Origin: Camelus dromedarius | Taxonomy: Eukaryota | Direction of reading: 5' to 3' | DNA: 64,000 nucleotides | NCBI RefSeq assembly: GCF_036321535.1 | Contig: NC_087447.1 | Location: 48,610,001 to 48,674,000, forward strand | Shown here: one piece after another, positions 24,305 through 35,971 of the stretch | Layout: every line of letters starts with the position of its first letter | Numbering within the stretch: position 1 is the first letter of the stretch | Notes under the pieces: generated by a model | The model's database searches: none | Told to the model about the DNA's origin: nothing | Seen by the model: the letters and a program-made list of their open reading frames with translations, nothing else | Position numbers and translations under genes: made by a program

Positions 24305-26639
24305 CTTGACGTGGTATTTAATCCTTCCAACAACACTATGAGGGTAGGTACTATTATTATCGTCATTTCACAGATTAGGAAACTAATGCTTAAAGAGGTA
24401 AAGGACAGAGCTCAAGGTCAGAGCCAAACATTCAAACAGACGTCTGTTAAATTCCTGAATCCAGACTCCTAACCACTATGTACTCCAGTTGCTCATAAAA
24501 CCTCATAGCTATGGGGCTTGGTCAGGGTTCTGGCATATTACATAAAGCAAGCAGTAAGGATGATAGAAGGAAACAACCAAAGAACTGTGTCCTAGTCCTG
24601 GATTTGCTACCTAATAGATTTTGCAATCTTGGATAAGGTACTAAACTTTAGTTTTCTGACATTTTACACGAGTTCTCATTTGTTTAAGAGAGTAATACAA
24701 ACTTATTTCAAAGCACTGTGTGTGAGAGAGAATCAATCGAGATAAAGTTTGTGCAAGACCTCCCACTGTGACAAAGCTGTGACAACGACAGTGGTGAGAA
24801 GACAGTAAAGCAGACCAGCATGCAGGGGGGAGTGGCCCCGGCCAGCTGTTTTGATCAATGCTGCCAGCCCTCTCTTCTGAACCTGTTCCCTGAGAGGCCC
24901 AGCATCAGGATTCTGCTCCCACCTCTATCTGAGCCACTCAAATAGAGAGATTAGTGGTATGAGAACAAGCACATGCGTAGCAGGGAGGATGATGGCATCT
25001 CAGATCAAAGAGGAGAGTCTGTTCCATTTCCACCAATGAACCTGGACTCCAATGAATCTGGACTAAGAAAAAATTGAATCATTTTGCTATGTAAACATGG
25101 GCCCAGAGAACACCAAGCAACTATACTACTCCAAAGAATGACAAGAATTATTGAAATTATCATTATTTACTGTTATAATTCATACACACTTATATAAACT
25201 TACATATACTATATGTGTGTGTCTATCATCATGCTATTTCAGACTAACAATAAATTTAAACATGCATATAACTACTTACATGCAGGCTACATACTTAAGA
25301 GCATGTACCACATTACATAACCCTTCAGACATCATTGAATAACAAACAGGATCTCTCACATACGCTTCCTCACGCAAACTGATTCTCTTCCATGTGGGCT
25401 CTTCCACACAGCAATAGTGTCCCTCACACCTTCTTCCCATATGCCCCGGAAACATTACTATCACACACACCCACAGTTTTATGAGCAGCACATTGTGAGA
25501 CAGCCTTCTGTTGTCTCAGCTCAGCTGAGGGTCACAAGGTATAAATACCATTAATATATTCAGATAACTATGCAGTTACACCCTGTTTCTCACATTGTGA
25601 GCTTCTCAGTGTCCCGAGAAGGTGCACAACACATATTCATACACATGGTATCATAACCAATCATTCATCTTTCACTGTTTGACACTGACAGAGTCAGTGC
25701 ATGATTATAGTGCCCCAGGGTCCAAGTCTTACCGTAGAGTTTGTTGATTGTACAGTAAAACAATATTGGCTGAGCATCTGCTGCTGTGTGCTACACTAAG
25801 TATCCTCCAGCATCAAGTACAGTTTTCCCCAGTGTTTTCTTGGTGTCAAATGGTTTCATACACATGGAACATATCAATTATGGCATTTAGAGAGCTCTTA
25901 CACACGTGAAGAGAAAGGAGCACTGAAAGCAAAGGGAAGGATGGACACCTTGGATTAACAATCATGATGTTACAGACTCCAAGTTCCTTGAGGGCAGGTT
26001 GGATCTTGTGCACCATTCTTTCCCCAGTGCCTGGAACAGTACTTGGCTCAGAGTAGGCACTCAAACATGTGTGTTGAACGAACTGATGAACATGAAGCAT
26101 TATTCATACAATGACCTGGACAATTAGTTGGCATCTTTCACATGCAGAGTATGATACATAGTGTCGTGCCCACCCAGTCTCAACGACGTGTACATCTCAT
26201 ACATGGTCACAGAATGTCACCTCATACTAAACATTAGTGCCCTGGGCCACACAGTCAACATGTGTGGCTACAGTGTCACTGTATTATCTCCATTTCACTC
26301 TTGCAGTGTCGCTGTGTCTCTGTGACACAGAGCCTGGGGGCCCACACAGCTTGACACAGCACCTTGTAAGGTCCTATTCCACCTCAGAGCCACTCCACCA
26401 CATTTTTCCACAGTGTATCAACTCGGCTGTGTGATGTTGGATGTGGGATGTCACTGTGTGTGTGAGGGACGGATCCTGAGGTCCCACATTGTCTGGGGCC
26501 CCCACACAGGATAAAGATGGATCGGGGATGTCACACTGGGCGACGATGTCTCAGTCTCATGGTATGACACTGTGCCCAAGGTCCCACGCAGGGTGACACT
26601 GAGCCTAAGAGTTACCCCCCACCCTGTGGCACAATGTCT

Positions 26640-27100
26640 TGACCGCGTCCTCGGACTCAGTCTCTCCCACTCAGGCCCCACTGCCCTGCCCTCACCTGGT
26701 CAGGTCCCGCAGCCGCGCCTCCTCCCCGCGCAGGTAGCTCCGCAGCAGTCCCAGCAACCGGCGCTCGGGCGCCAGGGCGCGCGCCACACTAGTCAGCGCC
26801 GAGAACGTGTCGTCGCGCGCCGCGGCCCGCGCCGGGTCTCCTGCCCGGAGCGCCAGCACTGCCAGCACCGCCAGCAGCGCCGCCAGCCTCGCCACGGGTC
26901 CCATCGCCGGCGCTCGCGCGCGTCCCCTCAGACCGATCCGCCGACCCGGCGCCCGCCGCTCCCGCCCCGCCCCGCCCCTCGGCCCCGCCCCCGACTCCTT
27001 GCTCTCACCCCTCCCCTCGCTCTCCACCTCCCACTTTCCTGCTCTTTAGCTCCTCAGATTGTATGGGGTCTACCTGCCACCTAAGTGTCCGCCCGCTCTC
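26640..27100. promoter_or_regulatory. CpG island / TATA-less promoter of P4HA3 with tandem GC boxes
   Basis: The only strongly CpG-dense stretch in the window; covers exon 1; CCGCCC repeats at about 26962-26990, 60-90 nt upstream of the ATG. Confidence 0.9.
26696..26904 (-). CDS. P4HA3: P4HA3 exon 1 (signal peptide and N-terminus)
   Basis: ATG at 26904 in context GCGATGG; MGPVARLAALLAVLAVLALRAGDPARAAARDDTFSALTSVARALAPERRLLGLLRSYLRGEEARLRDLT; donor AG|GTGAGG. Confidence 0.96.
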
Positions 27101-28029
27101 CACTAAATCACAGCCCTAGGAAAGCATTTCCACTGCGGAAATCGAGGCAGCGAGAGTGGTGAGGAATGAATTCACTGGTCAATGGCTGTACGACGACATC
27201 CAAAAATATTCACCCCTCTGGATCAAGGAATGAATACACAGAAACATCACTGTATTCTGATGGAGAAATCAGGAGAGTAAATGTGGTAAGGTAACAGCGG
27301 TGCGGGTAAAGAGCTGTGACAGGCCAGAGAGGAAGAAAACACTTCACACAGGACTTGACGCCTGAGCCCTCTTGAAGGATGAACAGAATTTTGACCGGAG
27401 GTGAAGAAGGGTGAAGGCCACTAGGGTCAGTGCACGACAAACCTAGGACCTATACAACCAAAAACTCTGGGGTCCTGGGTCACTGCTCTACACCATATAC
27501 TCATAGTCACTTAGGCAAACAAAAATATTATTATATCCTACTACTCATTCTTTCCCCCTCTTTCCCAGGCAATGTTTATTCAATCATTCATTCATTTAAC
27601 AAATACTTAGCACCTCTTCTACTGTGCTGAGGGCACAGAGAAATAGCATATCAAACCCATGAACTCAGGAGGGGAGACAGAGATGTAAACAAATAACCAC
27701 AAAGTACCATCAGAGTAACCAAGGGGTGTGTAGTAAGCAACGGCAACCCTGAGGAGGGAGCCCATCCCCAGGCACAGACAGTGGAGAGGGCTTCACAGAG
27801 GAGGCACTGTGTGCAGGTCTAAAAGGATGAAAAGGAATTGTCTGGAAGATGACAGGCAAAGAAGGGATGGGCTTTCCATGGGCTTATGTATACCAAGGTT
27901 CAGAGATGGAAAATAGTTTGAGTTGCAGAAATGATGAAAAGTTCCTTGTGGTTGGGACTGTTAGATTGTGAAGGGGCTTTGCACGTCATAGTAAGAAATT
28001 TAGCCTGTCCTCATGAAAATCCAATGGAA

Positions 28030-28265
28030 GTTTTAAAGGTGGCATTAATTGTCATCCAGTGACTAAGCAAGATGAGGGAATAAAGGCCCAGCTATTTATG
28101 CCCAACATGAGATAGCTCTGACAGGCAACACTAGCTCTAGCCCTCCTGCCTCACTGATCAAGACTTTGTCAAGCTTCTTTGACCTCTTCCTCTGTGCTTC
28201 CTGATTCCTATCTTGCACTTCAAACTCCATCTCAGCATCTGCTTCTGGAGAACCTAACCCGTAAC
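28030..28265 (+). mobile_element. LTR16-like (ERVL) LTR fragment
   Basis: Ends AAACTCCATCTCAGCATCTGCTTCTGGAGAACCTAACCCGTAACA, resembling LTR16 termini. Confidence 0.55.
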
Positions 28266-28356
28266 ATTAAAGCATCAACATACGCAACTAGTAAGTGTAG
28301 AGCAGGAAACTGAACCCAGGTAGTGTGGATCCAGGTCCCAAAGTCTTAATTGCTAC

Positions 28357-28630
28357 CAGAGGCAGATTTACCATGAAGCTTTTGAAGGTTAAGCTTCAAG
28401 GCTCCTAAATTGCACAAACCCTTTCCAAAGCCCTCAGGACTGAGGGCTGGCAGTGTGCAACAATGTGTTCATATTGTTTTATGTATTTGTAAAATTTGCA
28501 AAATAAAGCTATTTAAACCACAATTGGTTAAACTGTCTCTTTCTACTCTGACTTCCTCTCCATCACACTTTCCCTCATAAAACTTTCCCTTATGGTGTAA
28601 AGACCAAGGGTCTGTATTGGCAACTGAGTA
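28357..28630 (+). mobile_element. Zaphod/MER115-like hAT-Tip100 fragment
   Basis: Starts CAGAGGCAGATTTACCATGAAGCT...AAGCTTCAAGG. Confidence 0.65.
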
Positions 28631-28670
28631 GTCATCTTAGCCTGCTTTCTGCCCATTGAAGGTTGAGGGT

Positions 28671-28796
28671 TGTAGCAGGAAGAACAATGCCCCCTCCAAA
28701 GATGCCCATGTCCTAATTCCCAAAACCTGTGACTATGTTGCCTTACATGACAAAAGGAATTTTGCAGGTGTGATTAAACTTAAGGCTCTTGAGATG
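28671..28796 (+). mobile_element. MLT1D-like LTR 5' fragment
   Basis: CCAAAGATGCCCATGTCCTAATTCCC...CCTTACATGACAAAAGG...GTGATTAA. Confidence 0.7.
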
Positions 28797-28799
28797 TCC

Positions 28800-31700
28800 T
28801 ATTATTTACTTATTCACTTGTTTTATTTGAGTATGGGCTCATGAATTTTATTGAATGGATTATAATTCATTACTTTGCTTATTTTGAATCTCAAATTGCT
28901 CTAGTTGGCCAATGGTAGCCCTTTCAACCTGGCTCCTGTGCCCTTTTGATATGTCCCCTTCATTCCTTGAGCACTTCCATATTTTGTTACTTCCAAGGTA
29001 TTCCAAATCATCATGTACTTTCCCTGCTTCATTCCAGCAATCAAGCATGTCTCCCATGAGCCCTCATTCCTTAGTGAAGAGTATTCAGAAACCAAGATCT
29101 GGGTGCTAGGTATGCTCACTGCAACTGGAGTGTCTTTACTCCCAAGTTCTTTCAGCAGATAGAACCAATTATACATAGTTTCCTTTTAAAAGTTGAGGTA
29201 TAATTTACATACTATAAAATCCACATTTTTAAAGTGCACAATTCATTGGCTTTACTATATTCACAGGGTTGTGCAACCATTACAATTAATTCTAGAATAT
29301 TTTCTTCAATGCCCCACCCCCAAAAAACCCCTGTACCCATTAGGTGTCACTCTCCATCCCCCTTCCATGTGGCAATCACCAACCTACCTTCCATCTATAT
29401 GGATTTACCTATTATCGGCATTTCATAAAAAGGCTTTACTTTTGATAATATCATACATGGAATTGCTTTCTTAATTTCATTTTTAGATTGTTCAGTGTTG
29501 GTATATAGAAACACAATTGATTTTTGTATATTGATCCTGTATCCTGCAAGCTTACTGAAATTGTGTATTATGTTTAATCATGTTTTTGTGCATTCCTTAT
29601 GATTTTATATATAAAAGATTAAAACATCAGAAATTGGAGATAGTTTGCATCTTCCATTCCAATCTGGGAGCTTTTTCTTTCTTTTTTGCCTAATTTCCTT
29701 TGCTAGAACTTCCAGTACAATGTTGAATAGAAGTAACAAGAGAGGATATCCTTTTCTTGTTCCAGATTTTGTGGGAGGAGCTTTCAGTCTTTCACCATTA
29801 AGTATGATGTTAGCTATGGGTGTTTTGTCAGTGCCCTATGTTGAGGAAGATCTCTTCTGTTCCTAATTGGTTGAGTGTTTTTATCTGTCAAACACATTTT
29901 TGCATCTATTGAAATCATCATGTGGTTTTTATCCTTTATTTTCTTAGTATAATGTGTGATAATGATTGATTTTTGTTTGTTACACACCAACCTTGCATTC
30001 ATGGGGTAAATCTTGTTCATATGTTGCTGTGTTCAGTTTGCTAATATTTTGTGAAGAATTTTTGTATCTCTATTAATAGGTGGTGTTGGTTTGTAGTTTT
30101 CTTGTGATATCTTTGTCTGGTTTTGGCATCAGGATAATATTAGACTCACTGAATGAGTTTGAAAGTAGTCCCTCCTTAGTTTATATTTTGGAAGAACATG
30201 CAAATGGTTGGAGTCAATTCTTCTTTAAACATTTAGTGGAAGTCACCATTAAAACCATTTATGCCTGGGCTTTTCTTTGTGTGAAGGTTTTTGATTACTG
30301 ATTCAATTGCTTCAGTAATTCTTTTAGGGCAAGTCTGCTGACAGTGAATTGTCTTAACTTTCTTTCATCTGAGAAGGTCTTTATTTCTATTTTATTTTTG
30401 AAGTATATTGTTACTACTATGACAGTTCCTTTCTTTCAGCCTTTTAAAAATGTGCTGGGCTCCATGGTTTCCAATGAGAAATCCAGTCATTTAAATCACT
30501 GTCTCTCTATAAGCAATAAATCATTTTTTTCTCTGTGTAGTTTCAAGATTTTGTCTTTTATTTTTCCAGAGGTTTGATTAGGATGTGGGCAAGGATTTCT
30601 TGGGGGGTTTATCCACTCTGCTTCACTGAACTTCTTGGATCTGTAGGTTTATGTACTTTGTCAAATCTGGGAAACATTTATATATTATTTGAAAAACAAG
30701 CATTTGAATAATCTTGTGGAAATCTAATGACATAAATTAGGCTCTGGTTCACAGGTCATTAAGGCGCTGTTCTTCTTCTTTTTTTTTTTTAATCTTTTTT
30801 CCTCTCTGTTGTTCAGATTAGGTAATTTTAGTGGATCTATCTTCAAGTTCACTGACTCTTTTCTCTGTTATGTCTACTCTGATATTCAGTCCACCAGTGA
30901 GTTTTTTATTTTGGTTCTTGTACTTTCATTAGATTCCTCTTCATATTTCTTCTTTCCTGATACTTTCTACCTTTCCATTCATTTCAAGAGTATTCACCCT
31001 TACTTCTTGGAGCAGTTTATAACAACCTTCACCAATTTAAACATTTATGTCATCTCTTCTTTGACATCTGTTGTCTTTTCTCATACTAATTGAGATTTTC
31101 CTGGTTCTCTGCATGCTGAATAACATTAGATTAAATATTAGACATTTTGAATATTATGTTATAAATGTTCAGATCTTGTTTAAATTTTATGGATAATAGT
31201 AATATTTTTTGTTTTAGCATGCAGTTGACCCAGTTTGATTCAGAAGTACTGACCTGCTTTCTGTGGCTGTGGTTCCAGTGTCAGTTCAGTATTCAAAGCT
31301 TTTGCAATGCTATTCAAATCTATCCCAGTTGTATGTCACCCACTGGCCAGTCTTAAATCTGAACAGTGGTCTATACCATATCTTAGTGCCCAAGTGTATG
31401 GTACTCTATTTAGTGTAAGATACATGCCTGCACAGTTCAGGGGTGAGGTCAGGAATTATGAGGTTGCTCTCCTGAACTCCTCCCTGTCTGTGATTTCTGA
31501 TACTTTCCAGTCTTCTGACCCGCCCCCTCTCCTTTCAGTCCTTAGCCAAAAACCTGGGGGTTCAGTTACCCTTCTCTGCTGTGTACTTTTCATTACTGCA
31601 TGTATCTAGCGCCAAGTGGCAGGAGGACAGAAAGAGAAAAATCAATAGGAGTTTGCCCCACCTTATGGGAGTTTGCCCCACCCTATTGGGGTTGTTGAAA

Positions 31701-32150
31701 GCAAAACTTACAGCATTATTTAATATGGTTTCAATGTGTGTAGATGTAATACATAAGATAACTGAAAGTTTTAGGTGGCCCTAGGCTCTCACTACCATCA
31801 CTGCCATTGTGACCACCACTGCGGAACTGCCTAGAGGGAGGAGTGCAGGAGAGGATAAAAAAGTGGGTCCCCCCACCACCTCAATGCGAGAATCCTCTTT
31901 CCTTTCCTACTGAGCCAGCACTAGAGGGTTTCCCCTGCAGCTTTCCTAGTCCTCAACCTGGAGCTCACGTTTGGATTTACAGATACTGAGGATCAAAGAG
32001 AGAAACTAACCGCCAGGTCAGTGGTGCTTCAAGTTCTGGTCTTTCCTCTCAATCTACCTGTTCTCATTTATTTTGCAGAGCCCTCAAATGCCTACTCTAC
32101 ACATTCTGTCCAGGTTTTATAGCTGCATTCAGTGGGCAAGGCATCTTCCC
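28800..32150 (-). mobile_element. Mosaic of old antisense L1 fragments (3' ends, ORF2 RT region, ORF1/5' region)
   Basis: T-rich plus strand; ORF 29814..30020 translates to decayed RT-like KNHMMISIDAK; a typical L1MB 3' end at about 29190-29430. Confidence 0.8.
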
Positions 32151-33279
32151 ACAACCAGAATTTCCTATACTATAATATTTTGTTTTAATTCTGTATCAGA
32201 GAGGAATTTTTGAAGTCATTCCATTAACAACAGGGTTCCAAATTCAACCAAAACCAAACTAAATTTTAACTAAATTATGCTACAAGTACAAATAATCGCA
32301 TGACAACAGAATTGATATTTTCCAAGAATGCTAAGTTTGTGAGGCTCTATTTATGTTCCTGTTTGGTATTCAGCAAGGTTTTTTTGTTTGTCTGTTCTTT
32401 GACCTGTATTATTAGACAATTTCTATTTCTGCATGTCAAAAACTAAAAAAATGCATGTTAGCTTTGAAGAAATGTCACTAATATTATTATGCTTTTTACT
32501 GCAAAAATAGAAAGAAAATTGAAGTAGAAATAAAAGGTTGAGGAAAGATCAAGATTTTCAAATAAACATCAAGGCAGAGGAGGGAAAGATTTTCCAGGAG
32601 TAATCATCAGCAGCAGCATCACATGATGCCACTCTCCCCTGCTCACACCATACCAGCCATGCTGGCCTTTGACCTTTTCATTTTCTGCTCCTGCCAACCT
32701 TTTTCCTGCATAATCTCTGACTAACCCCTACTCATCCTTAGAGTCATTTCCTGAAGGACTTTTGATTTGTCTGCAGATTAGGTTTGAATCCCCATGAAAT
32801 TCAAAACACTCATTATATTTTCCCTTGGTAGCATTTATTACAATTATACTTCCTTATTTCTATAATTCATGGCTATCTGCTCTACCAGATCATAAGTTTC
32901 ATGTAGGCAGGACTGTGCTTAGCAAAGTGCCAGGCAGTGGCAGGTACTCATTTTAAAAGATAGAATAAACAGAGCAGAAAGAGCATTCAAAATAATCCCA
33001 CCAATCAATCTTTTTACCAAGGGTCCTCTATGTGCCAGTCCTCTGCCAAATCTTTTCTAATATCTAGCTCCTTCATCCTCACAATAAGCCTATGAGGTAT
33101 TTACTGATCTTTTGCCTTTTACGGTTGAGAAAACCACACGTCACTGAGGTTAAGTGATTCAGCAGCAAGATGGTAAAGCCTGAAATTGAATCCAATTGAA
33201 TCTCCAACTCTCAGCTAAGGTCGGTCTTTCCAAGGAAACAACAGGATTTTTTTTTTTTTTTTAATCTGAGGTATTCCTA

Positions 33280-33298
33280 TAGTGCCCCCTGGTGGAAT
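33280..33298 (-). promoter_or_regulatory. Candidate CTCF site
   Basis: Minus strand reads ATTCCACCAGGGGGCACTA, with the full core of the CTCF consensus CCACCAGGGGGC(G/A)C. Confidence 0.65.
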
Positions 33299-34078
33299 TA
33301 GATGCCAACTCAAATCCACCAACCTTGTCATACATTTGCTGTTTGCTTAACAACAAGATTAATTTATCAATGTATTTATCGGTTCTCCACCTAGTCCAGG
33401 AGCTTTTTGTGGAGTTTCTCTTTGTCCATAGAGCCTACCATTCATTCAACCATTACTGGGCATCCAAGGATATAGCAGAGGAGCCAGATGGCGTCCCTGC
33501 CCTCAGAATCCATACAGTCAAGTAGTAGAGACAAACAAGTAAATAGCAAAGAACAATAGTGATATATGCCATGTAGAAGGAAGTACAGGGAACTAAGGAA
33601 GCCATTTCTGTGGTCAAAATTCAACGAACACTTTTGAGAAAAAGCATGGCACATGGAGGGATAGATGGCAAAAATGAGACATGAAGTATAAACAGGAGCC
33701 AGATGATGAAGAACCTACTTTACTAATAGCTTTGCTTTTATCCTAAGGTCACTGGGAAGCCACTGAAAAGTTTTTAAGCAGAGGAATGATGTGATTACGT
33801 TTTTGTTTTTTAAAGATCAGTCTGACTACAGTGGGTAGAACTGACTGGAGGGGGCAAGACCAGAGGCAGAAAGGCCAGTTAAGAGGCTGCCTTATAGTCC
33901 AGGTGAGAAAAAAATGTTTGGTGGAGGGGCACACAGGGAGCTTAAAATGTATTGATTAAAATTCCCTTTCTTTCCCTGAGTGGTAGGTACAAAAGTGTTT
34001 TATTCTTCATATCTTACATTTACATTATACAAATTCTCTAGTATATATAAAGCTGTTCATTTAAAAACATATAAAACT

Positions 34079-35871
34079 CTGGAAAGATAGTCCATGCTCT
34101 CAGATTGGAAGAATTAATATTGTTAAGATGACCATACTACCCAAAGCAATCTACAGATTTAATGTGATCCCTATCAAAATACCCAGGGCATTTTTCACAG
34201 AACTAGAATAAATAATCCTAAAACTTACATGGAACCACAAAAGACCCACAATTGCCAAAGCAATCCTGAGGAAAAAGAACAAAGCTGGAGGCATGACCCT
34301 CCCAGACTTTAGACAATACTACAAAACTACAGTAATCAAAATAATGAGATACTGGCACAAAAACAGATATATGAATCAATGGAACAGAAGAGTCTAGAAA
34401 TAAACCCACACACCTATAGTCAATAAATCTTTGACAAAGGAGGCAAGAATGTACAATAGAGAAAAGACAGTTTCTTCATTGGTGTTGGGAAAACTGAACA
34501 GCTTCATGTAAATCAATGGAGTTAGAACATTCTCTCACTCCATACACAAAAATAAACTCAAAATGGCCTAAAGACTTAAATATAAGACATGACACCATAA
34601 AACTTTTGGAAGAGAACATAGGCAAAACATCCTTTGAAATAAATTGTGGCAATGTTTTCTTAGGTCAGTCTGCCAAGGCAATGGAAATTAAAGCATAAAT
34701 AAACAAATGGAACCTAATCAAACTTATAAGCTTTTGCACAGCAAACGAAACCATAAACAAAACAAAATGACAACCTATGGACTAGGAGAAAATATTTGCA
34801 AACAATGCGACCAACAAGGGCTTAATTTCCAAAATACACAAACAGCACATACAGCTCAGTAACAACAACAACAAAAAAACACCAAGCAACCCAATAAAAA
34901 AATGGGCAGAAGATCTAGTCATTTCTCCAAAGAAGACATACAGATGGCCAACAGGCATCTCAATGTTGCTATTTATTAGAGAAATGCAAATCAAAACTAC
35001 AATGAGGTTATCACCTCACACCAGTCAGAATGGCCATCACCAAAACGTTTACAAACAATAAATGCTGGAGAGGTCATGGAGAACCCTCTCCACACTCCTA
35101 CACTATTGGTGGGAATACAAACTGGTGCAGCTAGTATGGAGAACAGTATGGAGGTTCCTTAAAAAACTAAAAAAAAGTTACCATATGATCCAGCAATCCC
35201 ACCCCTGGGCATGTATCTGGGAAAGACAAAACCTCCAATTCAAAAAGATACATGCACTCCAATGCTTATAGCAGCACTATTTACAATAGTCAAAACATGG
35301 AAACAACTTAATGTCCATCAATAGATGAATAGATAAAGAAGTTGGTATGTATATGTATATGTATGTGTGTGTGTGTGTATATATATATGTATGTAGCAGA
35401 ATATTCCTCAGTCCGTAAAAAAGAATGAAATAATGCCATTGACAGCAACATGGATGAACCTAGAGATCATCATTCTAAGCGAAGTCAGAGAGAAAAAGAC
35501 AAATATCATAGGATATCACTTATATGTGTAATCTAAAAAATGATACAAATGAACTTATTTACAAAACAATAACAGACTCACAGACATATAAAGCAAACTT
35601 ACAGTTACCAAAGTGGAAAGGGGGGATGGGATAAATTAGGAGTTTGGGACTGGCAGATACAAACTACTATATATAAAATAGATAAACAAAGTCCTACTGT
35701 GTAACACAGGGAACTATATTCAATATTTTGTAATGAACTATAATGGAAAAGAACCTGAAAAAGAATATCTATATGTATATATAAAGATAAATCACTTTCC
35801 TGTACACCAGAAACTAACACAACATTGTAAACAACTATATTTCAATAAAAAATAAAAGAAACACAATTTAA
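34079..35871 (+). mobile_element. 5'-truncated L1 (decayed ORF2 C-terminus, 3' UTR, A tail), about 1.8 kb
   Basis: Encodes ORF2-like LTPYTKINSKWPKDLNIRHDTIKLLEENIG; AATAAA and A-rich tail; target duplication AAAAACATATAAAACT (34063-34078) / AAAAATACATAAAACT (35872-35887) at a TT|AAAA site. Confidence 0.92.
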
Positions 35872-35971
35872 AAAAATACATAAAACTGACAAAAATACCA
35901 TATGTATGTATATATGTACACATACATAAATAAGATATGGAAGGGAAGGATACACAGAGGGTGGCCTGTGA

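Larger units (their letters stand above)
1007..26904 (-). other. P4HA3: P4HA3 gene span, coding exons 1-9 (3' part lies outside the window)
   Basis: Nine GT-AG exons of 209, 143, 224, 150, 52, 164, 177, 65 and 160 nt join into an uninterrupted 448-codon frame recognisable as collagen prolyl 4-hydroxylase alpha-3, from signal peptide to the YEPHFD iron-binding motif. Confidence 0.97.

Noticed and set aside
26905..27027. In-frame 41-codon N-terminal extension of P4HA3 in the ORF track
   Set aside because: Begins at GTG upstream of the GC boxes and so probably upstream of the transcription start; the ATG at 26904 has good context and opens the signal peptide.
26572..27084. 170-aa plus-strand ORF rich in R/P/Q
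   Set aside because: Non-ATG start, low complexity, antisense to exon 1; stop codons are scarce in a GC-rich island.
27074..27092. CTCF-like word upstream of the P4HA3 promoter
   Set aside because: 5' half of the core mismatches (CACTTAGGTGGCAG); too weak to call.
31648..31682. 20-bp-period duplication GGAGTTTGCCCCACC, and a 13-bp one at 11409-11433
   Set aside because: Ordinary slippage duplications in or near old L1 sequence.
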